Positions 62,579 through 64,000 of a stretch of DNA of 64,000 bases are shown one piece after another. The notes under the pieces are model-generated. The model saw only the letters and a list, made by a program, of their open reading frames with translations, did not search any database and was not told the DNA's origin. The position numbers were made by a program, and so were the translations under genes. Numbering within the stretch: the first letter of the stretch is position 1; each line of letters begins with the position of its first letter. The stretch is from Candidatus Eiseniibacteriota bacterium (GTDB lineage: Bacteria; Eisenbacteria; RBG-16-71-46): assembly GCA_963717935.1 (NCBI GenBank), contig CAVQXP010000001.1, forward strand, positions 32,001 to 96,000, given 5' to 3'.

Positions 62579-64000
62579 TCACCGCCGCCGCGGCAGCCCG
62601 GACGGCGCACGCAGCTCGGATGCCTCGGCGCGCGCGCCGGGCCGCGCGCATCTCCAGTCCAGCTCCCCGATGCCGTCCTCCGACCACTCGAGCCACAGCG
62701 CGCCCGCCGCGTCGGTGCGCAGCACCCGCGCGCCGGCGACCCGCAACCGCTCGAGCAGCGCCGGCGCGGGATGCCCGAAACGGTTCCTCGCCCCCACCGA
62801 GAGCAGCGCGTGCCGCGGCCGCGCCCGCCCCAGGAACCGCACGCCGGTCGAGGATCCCGCACCGTGGTGCGCGACCTTGAGGAGCCCGAGCCCGGGCGGA
62901 ACCCCGATCGAGTCCTCGACCGTGCTGTCCACGTCCGCCATGAAGAGCAGGCGCCCACGTCCGCCGCCGGCCTCGATCACCAGCCCGGCGTTGTTGTCGG
63001 AGCCCGCTCGCGGCTGCCGCGGCGGCCACAGCACGCGCACCGGCGGCGCGGCGCACAGCACGGCGCCGCGCGTCAGGCGCCGCAGCGGCCGGCGGGCCGG
63101 GAGGCTCCCTTGCTCGTGGCGCGGCGACACGCCCACGCGCTCCACGCCCAGACCGCGGAGCACCGCTCCCGCCCCTCCCGCGTGATCGCTGTCGTCGTGC
63201 GTGAGCAGCAGCCACTCGAGCCGCCTGACACCCGCCCAGCGGAAGAAGGGCAGCACGACGCCTTCGCCCGCGTCGTAGCCGGGCGTGCGCGGCCCGGCGT
63301 CCAGCAGCCACCACGAACGGCCGAAGGCGAGCGCGAGCGCATCGCCCTGTCCCACGTCGAGCGCCACGAGCCACGCGCGACCCGGCGGCGGCGCGAGCGG
63401 CTGCACGGTGAGCACGCACAGCAGCGCCGTGCCGAGCAGCGTGACTCCCAGCACTTTCGCCGCTTCGCGCACCGGCGAGTCGGGCCGTTGCCGGCCTTCG
63501 AGCGTGCGCGACCGCGGCAGCGCGAGGGCGAGCAGCGCGACTCCGAGGGCCGCGCACCACGGGACCCCGCGCTCCGCCCCCGCCGCAGCCAGGGCCCCCG
63601 GGGCGCGCGCGGCCGTCATCGTGGTCCAGCGCAGCGCAGCGGCGAGCACCTCTCCGGCCGAGAACCACGGGTGGCCCGCGCCCGGCACGGCGAGGTCCGC
63701 CAGCGCCCCCAGCCAGGCTGCCGCAAGCAGCAGGCCCGCGACCGGCACCGCGACCAGGTTCGAGAACGTGCCCACCCACGAGACCGCGTGGAAGCGCGCG
63801 AGCAACAGGGGCAGCGCACCGGCCTGGGCGCCCAGCGTCGGGATGAACGGGGCGCACCACGCGCGCCGGCGCCCCGCGCGCTCGGCCAGCCACGGAGCGA
63901 GAGTCACGAGCCCGAGCGTGGCAGCGAACGAGAGTTGGAAGCCGAGATCCGCGGCCCAGCCCGGCGCGCAGGCCAGCAGCCCGAGCGCGCTCAGCGCCAG
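62579..64000 (-). CDS. comEC: ComEC/Rec2 competence protein (5' truncated by window edge)
   Basis: GFQLSFAAT, multi-TM region, then MBL domain LDVGQGDA, THDDSDHAGG, KVAHHG and NRFGHP. Confidence 0.93.
   Translation of the reverse strand: MALSALGLLACAPGWAADLGFQLSFAATLGLVTLAPWLAERAGRRRAWCAPFIPTLGAQAGALPLLLARFHAVSWVGTFSNLVAVPVAGLLLAAAWLGALADLAVPGAGHPWFSAGEVLAAALRWTTMTAARAPGALAAAGAERGVPWCAALGVALLALALPRSRTLEGRQRPDSPVREAAKVLGVTLLGTALLCVLTVQPLAPPPGRAWLVALDVGQGDALALAFGRSWWLLDAGPRTPGYDAGEGVVLPFFRWAGVRRLEWLLLTHDDSDHAGGAGAVLRGLGVERVGVSPRHEQGSLPARRPLRRLTRGAVLCAAPPVRVLWPPRQPRAGSDNNAGLVIEAGGGRGRLLFMADVDSTVEDSIGVPPGLGLLKVAHHGAGSSTGVRFLGRARPRHALLSVGARNRFGHPAPALLERLRVAGARVLRTDAAGALWLEWSEDGIGELDWRCARPGARAEASELRAPSGLPRRR

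Overview
A very GC-rich bacterial chromosome segment made almost entirely of core genes. The SecA insertion and the Omp85-peptidase-PD40 protein suggest an FCB-like lineage such as Ca. Eisenbacteria (inference only). The window appears to span the replication terminus: every gene from 1 to 23.2 kb is on +, nearly all genes after 23.4 kb are on -, and a 28-bp dif-like site lies at the switch (23301-23328). xerD and xerC are both within about 23 kb of it. The + arm carries dxs-nadK-recN-trpE*-trpG*-trpD, an RDD protein, a GT-C-like membrane protein, tRNA-Arg(CCG), ubiE/menG, a sigma54-preceded GAF-GGDEF cyclase, wbpB/D/E-like sugar genes, an NtrB/NtrC-like pair, lptE, holA and leuS. The other arm carries GT2, an aldehyde dehydrogenase (+), GH57, a TPR protein, a YqhG/YqhH-like SNF2 pair, a beta-CASP RNase, an OMP, xerD, uvrC, rpsT and two further + genes, an Omp85 fusion, dapBAF, a Big_5 lipoprotein, xerC, topA, smg, secA, csp, a second TPR protein, a lipid kinase, an SLT, guaA, purHC, a HAD hydrolase, purN and comEC. 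The most interesting signal is a full-length, translationally coupled anthranilate synthase pair (TrpE and TrpG) that has lost most catalytic residues, including the whole Cys-His-Glu triad of TrpG, sitting next to a TrpD with intact motifs: a candidate pseudo-enzyme regulatory module. Other highlights are a 26-bp hairpin whose loop pairs with a nearby 14-mer (possible pseudoknot), a Tudor-fused SNF2 helicase, N-terminal H1-like repeats on TopA, a four-Cys insert in the kinase GAF domain, and candidate leaderless genes. Many single-base indels in essential genes look like read or assembly errors. No CRISPR array, prophage or IS was seen. All homology calls are from motif recognition by eye, not database searches.
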